From the IMG/VR virus record IMGVR_UViG_3300005676_000004: a DNA stretch of 64,000 nt. The stretch is one strand, 5' to 3'. Positions 27,755 to 39,000 of the stretch are shown one piece after another; within the stretch, counting starts at the first letter, position 1, and every line of letters starts with the position of its first letter. This DNA is from a virus. The translations under genes were made by a program, and so were the position numbers. Under the pieces are notes generated by a model. It searched no databases, was not told where the DNA came from, and saw only the letters and a program-made list of their open reading frames with translations.

Positions 27755-30093
27755 TGGCTGATAACGAAAAATATAAGTTAGCGTTACTTGATCTTGCTAA
27801 AGCATTGAACGGTAGGTTGACGGCAGTTATTTCAACCCAAGCTAGAAATGCGGTGTCGGAAGTTGTTGCAGTAACAAACGTCTCTGCAAACGACAAAGTG
27901 TTAGATCGTCTTAACAATCCAACACCACAAGAGCGGACAAGACGACATGCTGAGTTTCAAAAGTTCATTGCACAGCAATACAAGATAGATTCTGAACTAC
28001 CAGAGAAGCAACAGGCTTCAAGAACACTTATCTACGAAGTTAGTCCTCTAGTATCTGTCACTGGAACAAAGGCCACGGTTGTATTGGGAGTAAAGGTTAA
28101 CGTCTACGTTAAAAGCTCGTTGGTAGCTACTGTCGCAAACGATACCACGTTTGCAAATTACGTCGGTGAAGTTCGTAATTTTGTTGAGCTAAAAAAATTC
28201 TTATCTGGGGTGCTAGCTGGGCCATGTAAGGAAAAATTTGATGTGTACTTGGCCGACGCCAACAAGACATTAAAGAGTCTAGGCGAAGATAAAGTGGAGA
28301 GAGGTATAGTTACTATACTTGATAGTATTAACATTCCGAACGATGATAATGGTATTCTTTTTTCACAAGTCAGTAGTACCTCTAACGCTCAAAATAACAC
28401 CGCTCCACCACCAACTACACCCCAAACTGGTGGTTCGCAGCGGCAAGGACAGGGTAATCAATCCACGTCAACTGGTAATAGTGAAGATTCTCAGCCACCA
28501 TCCGCACAAAACCAATCACGTCAGCCTTTTTTACGGATTGAATCCGTTGATGAATTATTGACTAGAGATGAGTTAGAAAAGCAGTTTATTTCTGTTAGGT
28601 TAGATTCGGAGGATACCGAAGAACTTCTCACTAGAGATTCTTCAACTACAAACATCACGGTTACGCCTAGTGGCGATGAAGATACTTCTGAGAAAGATTT
28701 ACAGAATGTCACTAATGAACCGGAACAGAAGCCAAAGGACGTTCCTGCTAGCAAAAGTGTAAAGACTACACTTGAAACACAAACCGAAGCTCAACAGCAA
28801 GCCGAGCAGTCTGATGCATTGTTGAAGGAGAAGCCAAAATCAAAGAGTCAATCTTCTCCGGTTGGAGTAAGTGTTGCTGTTAGAGAAGAAGGCGGTATGC
28901 AAAACGCAAAGGAGGCTATAAAAGATTCTGATAAGCCCGAAGAGAAACCACCGATACCTCCGAAAGCAAAGTACTTTTTAGAATGGGCTAAGAAAGATGG
29001 GTATGACCCTAATGGTATAATCTATCGTGGTGTTAATCCGAGAGATTATAGACGAGGCACAACGCCTCCTGTGACATATGGGTTAGTTGAAACACGATAC
29101 AAGAGTTTGTTTGATTATGGTGCTAACTTGAGTTCTGTGTTTAGCGGTTATTCCATTAAGTCCCCAGTTGATGTTGGGTTGTTGCTTAACTCTGGTGCAG
29201 TTGGTCTGTTCAACAAGAACATACCGTATCTATTTGGGGAGGGTTCTGAGACGCACTTAGTAATAACTCGCGCAAATTCCGTTATACGCAAATCTGAAGG
29301 TGGTATAGGCAACTTTAGTGCAGGGCGCGAGTTCAACGATGCGAATTGGGCAGCTAATCCACATTGGTGTGGTTTGTTTGTAAATTTTGTGTTAGAACGT
29401 AATGGGCAATATTCATCCGATGGTGACTTCATTGACATTACCGCGACGGGGGTAGCTGACAAATTATACTCAAAGTCCCCTTTCAATGCTATACCAAAGA
29501 AACTTACTAAACAGGAACGAACTAATTTGCTTACTAGGTTAGATGAATTGAATGCAGACACAACTGGTGAAACTGATACTGAGAAGCAGGAAATTCGTAA
29601 GAAGTTGGATGGAGAGGAAACGGTTAAACTCGCAAACACTGTTGCTTTGTTTGAGAAAGGATTTCACTGGAATGATGGTGGACTAACTCCAGCAGGAGTA
29701 AAACTCTTGGGTCTAATAAAGGATTGGCCTGGAGCTATCGTGGTACGTCGTCATAAGGGGAAAACGAGCGGTCACACCGAGCTTTTACTTCACATGTCGT
29801 CCTCGGGTGCTATTTATACTATAGGTGGTAACACTGGATTAGCAGATTCAGACGGCAACGGTTCTGAGTACGGATTTAAGAAGTACGCATCTATATCAGA
29901 ATTTTGCTCAAAGGGTACATATTCAAAATTTTACGTGATTAAGCGTGGTACAAAGGCACCGTATACAAACGGTATAGGTGTTAGCGTCAAGAAGACTGAA
30001 ACTTACAACAGATATGTTTCGGAACTTGACAAGAAGAATCCTGAACTGAATACTTCCACATTTAACATTTTGCGAACTATAATGGAGACTTGA
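27754..30093 (+). CDS. large virion-associated protein with a C-terminal CHAP/NlpC-P60-like peptidoglycan hydrolase domain
   Basis: NPHWCGLFVNFVL (Cys), GHTELL (His), IYTIGGN; Q/S/T/E-rich linker in the middle. Confidence 0.65.
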   Translation: MADNEKYKLALLDLAKALNGRLTAVISTQARNAVSEVVAVTNVSANDKVLDRLNNPTPQERTRRHAEFQKFIAQQYKIDSELPEKQQASRTLIYEVSPLVSVTGTKATVVLGVKVNVYVKSSLVATVANDTTFANYVGEVRNFVELKKFLSGVLAGPCKEKFDVYLADANKTLKSLGEDKVERGIVTILDSINIPNDDNGILFSQVSSTSNAQNNTAPPPTTPQTGGSQRQGQGNQSTSTGNSEDSQPPSAQNQSRQPFLRIESVDELLTRDELEKQFISVRLDSEDTEELLTRDSSTTNITVTPSGDEDTSEKDLQNVTNEPEQKPKDVPASKSVKTTLETQTEAQQQAEQSDALLKEKPKSKSQSSPVGVSVAVREEGGMQNAKEAIKDSDKPEEKPPIPPKAKYFLEWAKKDGYDPNGIIYRGVNPRDYRRGTTPPVTYGLVETRYKSLFDYGANLSSVFSGYSIKSPVDVGLLLNSGAVGLFNKNIPYLFGEGSETHLVITRANSVIRKSEGGIGNFSAGREFNDANWAANPHWCGLFVNFVLERNGQYSSDGDFIDITATGVADKLYSKSPFNAIPKKLTKQERTNLLTRLDELNADTTGETDTEKQEIRKKLDGEETVKLANTVALFEKGFHWNDGGLTPAGVKLLGLIKDWPGAIVVRRHKGKTSGHTELLLHMSSSGAIYTIGGNTGLADSDGNGSEYGFKKYASISEFCSKGTYSKFYVIKRGTKAPYTNGIGVSVKKTETYNRYVSELDKKNPELNTSTFNILRTIMET

Positions 30094-30761
30094 TCATGTC
30101 AGGTTCAACAGAATTACTACTAAAACAAATCAGAAAGATTGTACGGGAAGAGGTTGAGATGGCGGTTGAGAAGATCGTCAACGAGAATGCCAACAAGGTT
30201 AAAAGCTCAATGGTTACGGTATTAAAGGAAGTTCTTGCTCTTAAGAAGAAACAACAAGGTGCTGTTAACGAAAACTCAAGTAAGAAATCGGAGCAATACC
30301 GAATTGCAGACATGTTGAATGTTCCTAAGAACACAAAAAATGTAAAATCTAATACTAAGAAGCCATCTAGTAATGGTTCACTATTTGATGCTAAGCGCGA
30401 TAATATGCCGAGTCAGATTGCTAGTATATTGAACGAGACTTTTGATGAGATTCGTTCGGGTAAGACGGATCGAGTGATGGGAGATAATACTGGGCCTATG
30501 GCTATGATGGCTGACTATGGTCAGTATGACGACGTGGCTGGTTATTATCAAGAGGATCCATCTGCGTATATGAGTCAGGGAGGTAATGTCGATGACGGTA
30601 CAATTTATATGACGTCAAATAACGTTCCAGGTGCCACGATTCATTCAATGTATTCTGACGACATGCACGACGACTTTGATGTTGATCAGAATGTTAATGA
30701 TCTGTTTGGAAAAGATTTTAAAGCTATTCTTGATAAGTCAATGACTATTAAGAGAGGATAA
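30090..30761 (+). CDS. hypothetical protein (structural module)
   Basis: 223 aa; LKQIRKIVREEV start. Confidence 0.75.
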   Translation: MIMSGSTELLLKQIRKIVREEVEMAVEKIVNENANKVKSSMVTVLKEVLALKKKQQGAVNENSSKKSEQYRIADMLNVPKNTKNVKSNTKKPSSNGSLFDAKRDNMPSQIASILNETFDEIRSGKTDRVMGDNTGPMAMMADYGQYDDVAGYYQEDPSAYMSQGGNVDDGTIYMTSNNVPGATIHSMYSDDMHDDFDVDQNVNDLFGKDFKAILDKSMTIKRG

Positions 30762-30780
30762 CGTAGTTAGGAGATAGATC

Positions 30781-31275
30781 ATGGCATTTAGGAGAAAGAC
30801 GACAATTATCAATCCGGATAATGATCGTCGCAACCCAGAACAAGTTAAACCTATTGGGATTCTAATACCGTTTAATAACCCTAATGGTATATTTCCATTG
30901 AGCTACACCACTCGAATGCAGATGTTTTCTAATTTGAAAAATTTGCTATTAACCGCGAAGGGAGAGCGATTCTTTCAACCAGACTTTGGTACTGACATAA
31001 AAGGTGTTCTCTTTGACAACATCACCGAGACTGAAGAATTTGAAAATCGTCTGCGGGGTGAAATTGAAAGTGCTATTACGCTGTGGATGCCACATCTGAT
31101 AATTCAATCCATTGATGTTAAGTTGAATGCTGACGAACTTGGTAGGGTGGACGACCCGTCACATGCAGTCGCAATTTTTATAAATGTTTTGATTTCCGGT
31201 ACGAACATATATGTTCCAGTTCGGCTATTTATATCGGAGAGTGCTGAACTTAGAGTAGAAGAACTCGGGGTGTAA
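30781..31275 (+). CDS. baseplate wedge subunit, T4 gp25-like
   Basis: NLKNLLLTAKGERFFQPDFGT ... I.SAITLWMP..I..I.V. Confidence 0.9.
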   Translation: MAFRRKTTIINPDNDRRNPEQVKPIGILIPFNNPNGIFPLSYTTRMQMFSNLKNLLLTAKGERFFQPDFGTDIKGVLFDNITETEEFENRLRGEIESAITLWMPHLIIQSIDVKLNADELGRVDDPSHAVAIFINVLISGTNIYVPVRLFISESAELRVEELGV

Positions 31276-31280
31276 TTATC

Positions 31281-33173
31281 ATGGCAGATTTAGTAAAACG
31301 CGATATACGGTATCTCAATAGGGACTTTGGATCACTCCGACAGGCTCTCATTGATTTTACCAAAAACTACTTTCCAAATTCCTACCAAGACTTCAATGAA
31401 TCATCTCCAGGTATGATGTTCATTGAAATGGCGGCTGCGGCTGGAGACGTATTGTCTTACTATACTGACGTAGCACTTCAAGAGGGTATGATTCTCAACG
31501 CTAACGAGCGTCAAAACATCTTCAATATTGCTCAATCTCTCGGCTACACGCCAAAGACTTCAGTAGCCGCTAACGTTACGCTAGAAGTATTTCAGATAGT
31601 TCCAGCCATAGGTAGTGGTACAAACAATCGTCCAGATTGGAACTATGCTGTAGCAGTTGAACCTGGTATGCGTGTCGGGCATAACAAAAATTCCGACATT
31701 GAATTTAGAACTATTGACTATCTAGATTTTAGGTTTAGTAGTAGTTTTGACCCTACTGAAGTTACGGTGTTTGAGGTTGATGACTTCACGAACGAGCCAG
31801 TATTCTATCTCTTAAAGAAGTCTACGCGGGCTGTCTCTGGGGTGTTGCGTACTGCGCAGTTTGATTTTGAATCTCCGAAACCGTATGATAAGGTGATATT
31901 AAGCGATCAGTCGGTGATTGAAGTTCTATATGCTATGGATTCAGAAGGTAACAAGTGGTATAATGTTCCATTTTTGGCACAAGACACTATCTTTGAACCA
32001 GTTCCGAATATAGCTAGGAACGATAGGTCTCTGTCTGCCCATAGAGATGAGACTCCATACTTGTTGAAGTTGAGAAGAATTTCAAGGAGGTTTACTACTC
32101 GACTTTATGATGATAACAGATATGAACTTCAATTCGGCGCGGGTGTATCGGACTTGGATGATGAAATATTGATACCTAATCCAGACTTGGTTGGTAGTTC
32201 ATTATCTGGAATTGAGTCGTCAACAAGTATTAACATTGATCCTTCTAACTTTCTTTATACCAAGACGTATGGATTGGCTCCATCTAATACCACTTTAACG
32301 GTGTACTATACTCGTGGCGGAGGTGTTAAGGATAATGTTCAGTCCGACACGTTGACGAGAATCCTATCTAGGACAACGGTGCTAGACCCTAGTGGCCTAG
32401 ACAATACTCTTTACTCCCAAGCAGTATCATCGCTTGCGGTCACCAATCCGTCCCCAGCGACGGGTGGCTCTGACGGTGAGACTGTTGAAGACATACGACA
32501 AAATGCTCTTGCTAGCTTCGCATCGCAGAATCGAGCGGTTACAAAAGAAGATTACATTGTCAGGGCATATTCTCTACCTCAGAAATACGGATCAATTGCT
32601 AAGGCATATATCACAAAAGATACTCAACTAACAGATGAATCAGTATTCAATAGCGACAGAGTTTCCAATGATTTGGCATTGAATTTTTATGTTCTTGGTT
32701 ATGATGCCAACAACAATTTAACGACGATAAATAATGCTACCAAGGAAAACTTAAAAACATATATTAACTATCATAGAATGCTAACAGATGCCATAAACAT
32801 AAAGGATGCATACATCATCAACATTGGTGTTGAGTTTGACATCATAACTATGCCGGATCAGAATGGTAATCAAGTAATTTTACGTTGTATTGATCGTCTT
32901 AAGAAATACTTTGATATTAATAAGTGGCAAATAAATCAGCCTATAATCATAAGCAACGTGTACACTGAGTTAGATAGAGTGGAGGGTGTGCAGACAGTAG
33001 TGAATGTTAAGTTCACCAACATATATGATACGACCCGTGGATATTCACAACACGCGTATGACATGACTGCGGCAACCAAGGACGGTATAATTTTCCCATC
33101 GCTTGATCCTTCAATATTTGAGATCAAGTATCCAGATAATGACATTATAGGTCGTGTGAGGGCATTCGGATGA
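31281..33173 (+). CDS. baseplate wedge subunit, T4 gp6-like
   Basis: RDFGSLRQALIDF....FP..YQDFNESSPG...IE......DVLSYY; GGSDGETVEDIR; RAVTKEDY. Confidence 0.9.
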   Translation: MADLVKRDIRYLNRDFGSLRQALIDFTKNYFPNSYQDFNESSPGMMFIEMAAAAGDVLSYYTDVALQEGMILNANERQNIFNIAQSLGYTPKTSVAANVTLEVFQIVPAIGSGTNNRPDWNYAVAVEPGMRVGHNKNSDIEFRTIDYLDFRFSSSFDPTEVTVFEVDDFTNEPVFYLLKKSTRAVSGVLRTAQFDFESPKPYDKVILSDQSVIEVLYAMDSEGNKWYNVPFLAQDTIFEPVPNIARNDRSLSAHRDETPYLLKLRRISRRFTTRLYDDNRYELQFGAGVSDLDDEILIPNPDLVGSSLSGIESSTSINIDPSNFLYTKTYGLAPSNTTLTVYYTRGGGVKDNVQSDTLTRILSRTTVLDPSGLDNTLYSQAVSSLAVTNPSPATGGSDGETVEDIRQNALASFASQNRAVTKEDYIVRAYSLPQKYGSIAKAYITKDTQLTDESVFNSDRVSNDLALNFYVLGYDANNNLTTINNATKENLKTYINYHRMLTDAINIKDAYIINIGVEFDIITMPDQNGNQVILRCIDRLKKYFDINKWQINQPIIISNVYTELDRVEGVQTVVNVKFTNIYDTTRGYSQHAYDMTAATKDGIIFPSLDPSIFEIKYPDNDIIGRVRAFG

Positions 33174-34348
33174 TCTACCTACTATATCCACAATTAGACA
33201 CGACAATCTATGAACGAGAGAAGACACAAAACTCTGGTTTAGATTCTCTGTTGGAAATCTCCCATATTGCCGATGTTATAAACGCATCAACGTCATCTTG
33301 TTATAACTCTAGAGTGATATTAAAGTTTAATATTGATGATGTGGAGGATAAAGTCAATGCTGGTCTCATAACTAGTGCATCGTACTATCTTGCATTGCGA
33401 ACTGCTGTAGTTGAAGAGATTCCATTTGAATATAAAATTTACGCATATCCCTTAAGTTCGTCTTGGTACAATGGAACTGGTAGAGTGGGTAATAGACCTA
33501 CAACTACTGATGGTGCGTCCTGGCAATATCGTACATCAAAGGTGGTTGGGACTGAATGGGACATACCACCTCAAATTGCTACGTATGAATGGGATGAAAT
33601 TTCGGATACATGGGCAGACGCCGACTTGCTATTTGGAACTAACTTATCAATTTACGTTACATCGTCATATTGCACTAATGAAGGTGGTGGAACTTGGTGG
33701 AATTATGACGGCCTAGAATGCACCCAATCATTTTCATACGAGACATCAGATGTGTATATGAATGTCACTCAGATAGTTCGTAAGTGGATCACTGGCTCAG
33801 GACGTATTGACAACGATGGTATGATATTGATGTTTGATCGTGCAACCGAAACGTCCAACCACAGTCTCTCTAGCTTAAAGTTCTATTCAACTGACAGCAA
33901 TACTATCTATGTTCCTCGTCTTCATGTTATTTGGGATGACTCTGTCTTCTCCACTGGAAGTCTTACTCCGGTGGATTTGAGTAATACTGTGATTGATGTT
34001 AAACTTAAGAAGTATTATTCAACTAGAGAACGTGTTAAGATTCCAGTCTTGGCATACAAACAGTTTCCAAACAAATCGTATGCAACGTCATCATACTTTA
34101 CACAAAGGTATTATCTTCCAACGTCGTCCTACTATGAAATACGTGATGCACATACGGATGAAATTATTGTACCGTTTAATTATACGGGTAGCAAGTTGAG
34201 TTGTGACTCTAATGGAAACTATTTTAAATTCTGGATGAGTTCGTTACAACCCGAGCGATTTTATAGAGTTGTTGTTAGAGTAGAGACCGAGGGAGGATAC
34301 TCGGTCAGTCAATTTGATGGTGGTTACACTTTTAAGGTGGTTAGGTGA
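33170..34348 (+). CDS. structural protein with a DNRLRE-like domain
   Basis: A.L.LR, YPL..SW..GTG, VT.IVRKW....N.G.IL, KFYS.DS....PRL.V.WDD. Confidence 0.6.
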   Translation: MIYLLYPQLDTTIYEREKTQNSGLDSLLEISHIADVINASTSSCYNSRVILKFNIDDVEDKVNAGLITSASYYLALRTAVVEEIPFEYKIYAYPLSSSWYNGTGRVGNRPTTTDGASWQYRTSKVVGTEWDIPPQIATYEWDEISDTWADADLLFGTNLSIYVTSSYCTNEGGGTWWNYDGLECTQSFSYETSDVYMNVTQIVRKWITGSGRIDNDGMILMFDRATETSNHSLSSLKFYSTDSNTIYVPRLHVIWDDSVFSTGSLTPVDLSNTVIDVKLKKYYSTRERVKIPVLAYKQFPNKSYATSSYFTQRYYLPTSSYYEIRDAHTDEIIVPFNYTGSKLSCDSNGNYFKFWMSSLQPERFYRVVVRVETEGGYSVSQFDGGYTFKVVR

Positions 34349-36090
34349 TGCGTTTAGAGGATTTCTTGTTTGCGGAGCAAATTGATGAATCTGTATCTAG
34401 GTATGTTTTGGAAACATACCCAAACTTGTCATTTTTAACATCCGAAGAATTTTACAATTTCTTTGATTCTCAAAATGTTGTTCTAGTTAAAGATGCTGAG
34501 TTTTCGCTGACCGAACGGCAGACTCTTCTACAAAGATTTAAGGACTTCAAATCTTCTACCGACTATGCTTCTATGAAGAAGTACATTCAGTATCAGAAGA
34601 AAATACGTGAAGCCTTGAAAGTTGGAGATATACCATCAGCAACTACACTCCTTGAATCAGTGAATACCTTGGCCGCCGACCCATTCTTCACATTCATCGC
34701 AAGAAAACTTATAACTGGCTCCGATAGTGGTGAACTACCATCTGAGCGAACTATGATAATTCTTGATGAGTTGATGCGCCAGAATCAAGCCGACATTGAC
34801 AGGGAAGCCGATGTTGTTCGTGATGTAGATGGAACGATACAATCATTCAAAAATTATTTACGAAACAAGGGATCGCTGAAAGTGAATTTGGTAGATGAGC
34901 GTTATCTAACGGAGTCGTTTAGATATGTGGTTGACACCGAATTTAAACAAATTGATGAAGCAGTTGACGCTGAAATAAACATCTTAAAGAAGGCAGCCGA
35001 CCTTACTAACATAGGCGGAGACGTCGGTAACTTAACCGAAGACCTAAAGAAGTTGATTATAGAAAATAGCTCTTCTGTGCCAGCATTGCAAGCTAAGGTG
35101 GAAAGTCTTCAAGAGATAGTAGATTCTCTACAGGAGGTTGTTGAGCTGAAAGACTCATCGGTGGATGATCTGTTGAATGTCATAGAAGAGTTGTCTAACC
35201 GACATAATGATGCGCTTAACGAAATAGATGTTAAGGATCAGACCATTCTTGAGTTGAATAATACCATAACCGAGACACTAGAGGAACTTCAGAGAAATGT
35301 ATTGTCTCAGCTTGAAAACAGCGGGGATTCGTTTGATGAACTAGCGGATAGGTTAGAGCAGCAATCTAAGGAACAGCAAGAGGCTGCTGAGAAGAATCTT
35401 CAAGCGTTTAAGGATGCTATAAAATCTATTACAGAATCGCTAGCACCAGAACCAGAGAAGCCGGAAGCTAAGGAAGACGATCCTCCTGAAGAAAAACGTC
35501 GTAAGGAGAAGGTAGCAAAGGCACAGGATATGTGGGACAAAGTGAAATATATTCACAGTCGTCCGTTATTTGGTTCGCCTACCTTAGCGGGAGGAGGTGG
35601 TGGTGACACGTCGGTTTCGGCTCTAGAAAAACTTGTTACCTTACTTGGTGGAAAACTTACTGAGAAAAACAAATACGTTGATTATAACGGAACGTTAGCA
35701 AGTCGTGTCTCACAAGTCTATACATGGAATACGGTATATAAGCCGCAGTTTAAGGCATTGATTACGTTAGGCAACATAAAGACTGAGGCGGATGCTAATA
35801 TTGTCATCTCTATCGTGGATAGCTTAACCACTACGCCTGACGCAGAGAAGCCAGTACGTAACTTCTTGTATAATTCTCAAAAAGATGATGTCTTTGATAA
35901 GTGGAGAGACGATGTTAACCGAACACGGGGCGTGAATGCTCCGAAGGTTAGAGATATTTGTGGACTTCTCGGAGTTCAATATAGTGAGTCATCTACCGTT
36001 GCTATTGAGAAGGCTCTAAGTAATGCTTCATTTGACACTGTCATTGAAGTGTTAGGAATTGTTAACGAATTTCAAGATAAAAACTATTAA
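34345..36090 (+). CDS. coiled-coil structural-module protein
   Basis: 581 aa with a long central heptad stretch. Confidence 0.8.
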   Translation: MMRLEDFLFAEQIDESVSRYVLETYPNLSFLTSEEFYNFFDSQNVVLVKDAEFSLTERQTLLQRFKDFKSSTDYASMKKYIQYQKKIREALKVGDIPSATTLLESVNTLAADPFFTFIARKLITGSDSGELPSERTMIILDELMRQNQADIDREADVVRDVDGTIQSFKNYLRNKGSLKVNLVDERYLTESFRYVVDTEFKQIDEAVDAEINILKKAADLTNIGGDVGNLTEDLKKLIIENSSSVPALQAKVESLQEIVDSLQEVVELKDSSVDDLLNVIEELSNRHNDALNEIDVKDQTILELNNTITETLEELQRNVLSQLENSGDSFDELADRLEQQSKEQQEAAEKNLQAFKDAIKSITESLAPEPEKPEAKEDDPPEEKRRKEKVAKAQDMWDKVKYIHSRPLFGSPTLAGGGGGDTSVSALEKLVTLLGGKLTEKNKYVDYNGTLASRVSQVYTWNTVYKPQFKALITLGNIKTEADANIVISIVDSLTTTPDAEKPVRNFLYNSQKDDVFDKWRDDVNRTRGVNAPKVRDICGLLGVQYSESSTVAIEKALSNASFDTVIEVLGIVNEFQDKNY

Positions 36091-39000
36091 TGTCAAACTT
36101 CGTATACAAAAATATTGATCAGATACTTAGTGATGACTTTCCTAAGAGAGGTATTACTACATCGCTAACAGACCTAGAGTTACTACAAAAACAGTTTGTA
36201 ATTCCGGAGTTTGAAAAGAATGGTATTGATCCTATTACTAACGAAAAGGAATTTTTCGTAGAGTTGCACGTCTTCCTGAATAACTTGGCGTATGTCAAGA
36301 CAAACTATGACGTGCAAACGTACTCCGTTATTCCAAGTGACCCCAATCCGCTTATACAATTTGAAGTCCATAAAGACATCAGAGATATAAACATACCATC
36401 GGGAGAATATAAGGTAGTTTACAATCTGTTGCGCAATCTTGTTGGTGGTAATGAGTCGCAATCAAATCTGTTCATTTCAGAAGTATCCACGGATCGTAGA
36501 GAACTTAAACTTTCGTTAGCAAATCCAGATTCAGAGTTAGCTCGTCGTCAACTTGCTAGATTTGTTATAGAGACATTGAAGCCCAAGACATTTGTTCCCC
36601 CGATTGCATTAAACTTCGGTGAAAATAAAATTCTTGATGTTATCAATGTGACGAGCGATGGTGATCCAACGAGTTTCTTCGTTAAATTGTATGAACCGCT
36701 ACCAGTTGAACTAGATACCTACTTCATTTGTTGGGTGTGTGTCCGGCTGATGAAACCATATATTGACTCTGTTCAATACATAGATGAGCAGTTGGAGTCT
36801 CCTGTTAATTACATCAGTGGGCCGAACTTTGAAGTAGATTACGATTATTGGATTACTACTGAGACCGAATATAAGTCATGGTCTTCTATACTCTCGGAGA
36901 ATGTACAAACATCTGAGCAATTAGTAAACAGGTATATATCTGGATCAAGTTATCCAGTTGAGCTGAATATTGATTTTACCGATTTTAGAAATTTCATATA
37001 CTATTCAAACGCTAGAGATCGAGTTGAAAATTTCATCTACAAGATGGAGTTACTTGAATACTATCGTAATGAATTGAATCGGATAAATTCAATAACTGGA
37101 TCAATCTCTACAAACAGAGTCAAAGTTCAGATGTTGAAAGATAAGCTCATTTCTGGGTTTGATTCTTTTGAGAAGTATCTGTATTACAACTCAACTGGAA
37201 GTTTTAACTACACGTATCAAGTGAGTGCGTCGGTTGTACCATATCCTAAATACGAGTTAGCATCAACGGCGAGTAACTATCATATTGCAACAAAAGAAGG
37301 TAAATTTTCTTTCTATACGAGTGGTTCTAATGAAGTTCTTGATTGGATTGATGACATCCTAGATAAGGCGGATGATTATGACGCTACAAATTATTACGCT
37401 CTTGCTAGAGCACTTCCAGACCACATTAGGGATGATTCTGAAAACGACGATGCAGTAAGATTTGTTAATATGCTAGGTCAGCATTTTGACGTTATTCTTC
37501 TGTACATTCAACATCTTGAGAAAAAAAGTCTTCGTGAAGAGCATCCCATGGCAGGGTTGTCTCAAGATTTGATTTATGAAGTGACTAGGAATATGGGATG
37601 GACACTTACGCATGGAACATCGCATAAAGATTTATGGGAGTATGCTCTTGGAATAAGTGGTAGCACCGAGCCAATTTGGACTGGTAAAACTACAGTGAAC
37701 AAGTATCTATCCAAGACTTACGAAGAGCGTACTAAGGAAGTTTGGAGAAGAATCTTAAATAATCTTCCTTACATATACAAGACCAAGGGAACTTCTCGTG
37801 GACTTCGTGCACTGTTGGCGGCATATGGCATTCCACAGACGTTATTAACTATTAGAGAGTTTGGTGGCCCAGACAATGCAGATTTAGGTATTAAGCCAAG
37901 AGCCGAGTGGGAAAAGCATACTTATTTTCTGAATTTTCATAGTTCATATCCGTTACCAACTCAAACTCAATATGTTAGCGTTCCTTGGGAGCGTGTACAT
38001 GGTACGACGGGATGGCAATATCCAGACGCTATTGAATTTCGTTGGAAGATGGAGACGTCAGACAGATATGCTTACTCTAACGATCCAATACAAACCATTT
38101 TACAAAAAAATTCTGGCAGTAGAGTTGATTGGTTTGTCACCGCGCATCGTACTGGATCGGATACGGAAAAGGGAAACTTAAACTTTTATATTGGCGACGG
38201 CACAACATATCTAACCGCGTCAATTACAAATGAATACTTGTTTGATGATGTTCCTCTGAACATTCTCATACGTCGTTCTTCTAAGAATGACTCAACTTCA
38301 GCAGAGCAAGTATATGACTTTATACTTAAGACTCAGAAGTACGGAAAGATTGCAGTAGAACGTTCAGCTTCGGTAGTTGTTAGTGGTTCATCAATACCAA
38401 ACACACAACGAGCGTGGGTTTCAAACGGTACATTATTTATAGGTTCTGGGTCTAACAGCCAAACTAGTAATATACTTTCTGGATCAATATTTGAATTACG
38501 TTATTGGTCATCAATACTACAAGAGTCTGCATTTGATAATCACGTGTTGGCTGCACGTGCATACAACGGAAACAGCTCTACGTCTTCATATTATGACCTC
38601 CAAGCTCAATTTAAGTTCTGGCAACCTTTTGATGCTGCCACTACATCAAGTTTGAGAAGTACACATCCCGATCAAAGTAAGAGAGCGTTTGAATCTTCAT
38701 CTAAGAATGCAACTTTCATTGGTTTTACGTCTAGCTCATTTGAGTCAACCGTGGAGACATATAACATGGAAGTTGCTACCGTTGGTAATAACACTCCATT
38801 TGCGGAAAAGGTTAGAATTGATTCTGGTTCGTTAGTAGGGGGATTGTCTATTGATACATCTTCTGAAGTTTCTGCGTTTGATACGTTCTCAGTTGATTCA
38901 AACAAGTTGATGGTTGCATTTTCTCCGCAGTCTATAATCAACGAAGACATATATGAAGCTATTGGTAATACATCAATTGATGACTACTTTGGTGAATATG

